Of a DNA stretch of 54,798 nucleotides, positions 53,201-54,798 are shown piece after piece; within the stretch, counting starts at the first letter, position 1; every line of letters starts with the position of its first letter. This stretch comes from Basidiobolus meristosporus CBS 931.73. Taxonomy: Eukaryota; Fungi; Basidiobolomycota. The position numbers were made by a program, and so were the translations under genes. The stretch is taken from positions 1 through 54,798 of the forward strand of contig MCFE01000597.1 in NCBI GenBank assembly GCA_002104905.1. Direction: 5' to 3'. The notes beneath the pieces were generated by a model. It did not search any database, was not told the origin of the DNA, and saw only the letters and a list, made by a program, of their open reading frames with translations.

Positions 53201-54798
53201 TCCAAGAGCCAAGATGAACATGATGAACATGTCAAGAAAGTATTGAGAAAACTAGACTCTGCCAGTCTCTATGCCAAGCTAGAGAAGTGTGAATTTGACC
53301 AGAGAGAAGTGGAATTTCTTGGTTATCTCATCAGCCCTGAGGGAACAAGAATGGACCCAAAGAAAGTTGACTCAGTCCAATCATGGAAAACTCCAAGCTC
53401 AGTCAAGGAAGTACAATCCTTCCTGGGATTTGCCAACTTCTACCGCAGGTTCATAGCCAACTGCTCCAAGATAGTCACCCCTCTGACAAAGCTTACCCAG
53501 AAGAACACACCTTTTGCCTGGAATGAGGAGCAATCCAGCTCATTCAACCAACTCAAGAAATCTTTCCTGAAGGCCCCCCTGCTTGCCCACCCTGACCTTG
53601 AGAAGCAACTCATAGTGGAGACTGATGCTTCTGATTTTGCCCTTGGTGCCATACTCTCCCAGCATGATGAGGACAATGTGTTGCACCCCATTGCATTCTA
53701 CTCTTGCAAGCTTTCCCCTGCAGCGATCAACTATGATATCTATGATAAGGAGTTGCTTGCCATCATTGTAGCCTTTGAGCAATGGAGACACTACCAGGAC
53801 GGTGCAAAACACAAAATCAAAGTCTTCTGTGACCATAAGAACCTTGAATACTTTGCAACTTCTAAAGTACTGAACCGGAGACAAGCCAGATGGTCACTCT
53901 TCCTGTCCAGCTTTGACTTTACTATCACCTATAGACCTGGGGCAAAACAAGGAAAGCCTGATGCCCTGTCCAGAAAAAATGAATATGCCCTGGAAGAGGG
54001 AGAAGATGCCTGTCGGCAAATGGAACACCCATTGCTGAGCAAAAAACGTTTTGAGATTCTTGCCACCCAGTCCTCAAGTCTTGTCATCCCTTCTTTCCTA
54101 GTAAGGATATCAGAATCCCAAGCCTCTGATTTGACTTCCAGCACCGTCAAGAAATATCTGGAATCCCCAGTTGGGCCCCCTCCCAAGTTCCCAAACATCC
54201 AGAACCTGCATTTGGTAAACAACCTCATCTACCACAAGCAGCAGCTTTATGTCCCAGACCTTGCCACCCAGCTAGACATCATTAAGTCTTGGCATGATTC
54301 AATGGCTGCAGGCCACTTTGGTACTGCCAAAACCTGGAATGCTATCAAAAGAGATTTCTGGTGGCCTAGAATGATAACTTTTATCAAAGAGTACATTCGG
54401 ACTTGTGGTATTTGCAACCGTGCAAAACCAGCCTGACACCAGCCCTATGGACTTCTTCAACCCCTGCCTATCCCAGAACACCAATGGAGATCTATATCTA
54501 TGGACTTCATTACTGACCTCCCTGAGTCATGTGGCTTCAACGCTATACTTGTAGTGGCTGACTGGCTGACCAAGATGGCTCACTTTATCTCTTGCTGTAA
54601 GAACACTGATGCAAAAGAAACTGCTGCTTTAGTCCTGAATAATATTTTCCGCCTTCAAGGTATCCCCAGTGATATTGTGTCAGATAGAGGCCCACAGTTT
54701 GTGTCCAAGTTTTTGGAAACACTTCATGCAATACCTTGGTGTTCAAGTCAAGCTCTCTACTTCCTTCCATCCACAGTCTGATGGCCAGACTGAAAGAA
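50206..54798 (+). mobile_element. Ty3/Gypsy (chromovirus/Tf1-sushi-like) retrotransposon: 5' LTR ~50206-51050, gag 51132-52063, pol running off the window; decayed
   Basis: The LTR is TGTCA...TGACA, with TATAAAT at 50566 and AATAAA at 50622. gag FINMVKNNL...LTGTALKWF..., zinc knuckle CLYCGLSGHFAKSC, protease LIDSSA, RT ([20 protein letters not shown]), RNase H (ETDASD, YDKELLAI, DHKNL), integrase (H..GHFG...C..C; SMDFITDLP, SDRGPQFVS). Stops at 53040-53042 and 54434-54436; frameshifts near 51580, 51700 and 52215. Confidence 0.95.
52036..52080 (+). promoter_or_regulatory. Programmed -1 ribosomal frameshift signal (gag to pol)
   Basis: G GGA AAC lies in the correct phase at 52036-52042. After a 6-nt spacer comes a perfect 11-bp stem GTCCAGTTGCA (52049-52059) / TGCAACTGGAC (52070-52080) with a 10-nt loop. 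The -1 frame is open into the protease motif. Confidence 0.85.

Noticed and set aside
40550-54798. Classical CpA-to-TpA RIP
   Set aside because: CA and TG are abundant rather than depleted, ORFs are not saturated with TAA/TAG, and the kilobase genic repeats are untouched. The loss is at CpG.
51100-54798. Surviving CpGs are mostly in CCG context, suggesting a protected motif
   Set aside because: Most are Arg CGN codons following C-ending codons, so codon usage and past selection explain it.

Overview
Eukaryotic genomic DNA, most likely an early-diverging fungus (Mucoromycota/Zoopagomycota-like). This is inferred from the intron signals, the RNase T2 and CBM19-like sequences and the transposon types; the species cannot be named. 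The window alternates CpG-normal gene islands with strongly CpG-depleted transposon graveyards. (1) 1-3050: an intron-containing RNase T2 gene with several inactivating lesions (+), convergent with an intact intronless Gfo/Idh/MocA oxidoreductase (-). (2) About 3050-16400: decayed TEs, including a DDE_Tnp_4 (Harbinger/ISL2EU-like) transposase, a CACTA-like transposase and several Copia LTRs. (3) 19134-35024 (-): one uninterrupted 15.9-kb ORF encoding a 5296-aa secreted protein. It has a signal peptide, a KR site, seven tandem ~325-aa units of four Cys-rich CBM19-like modules each, a ~2200-aa Ser/Glu/His/Lys-rich stalk, His/Gly/Ser 76-aa repeats and a final CBM19-like module. This is the standout feature. 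(4) 35100-40550: CpG-normal upstream DNA with unidentified coding-like fragments. (5) 40569-54798: a deeply nested TE stack of Copia elements with half-tRNA-type PBS, a 734-bp foldback element sharing TIRs with the transposase at 3.2 kb, and a Ty3/Gypsy element with a clear -1 frameshift signal. All counts were made by eye; no searches were run.
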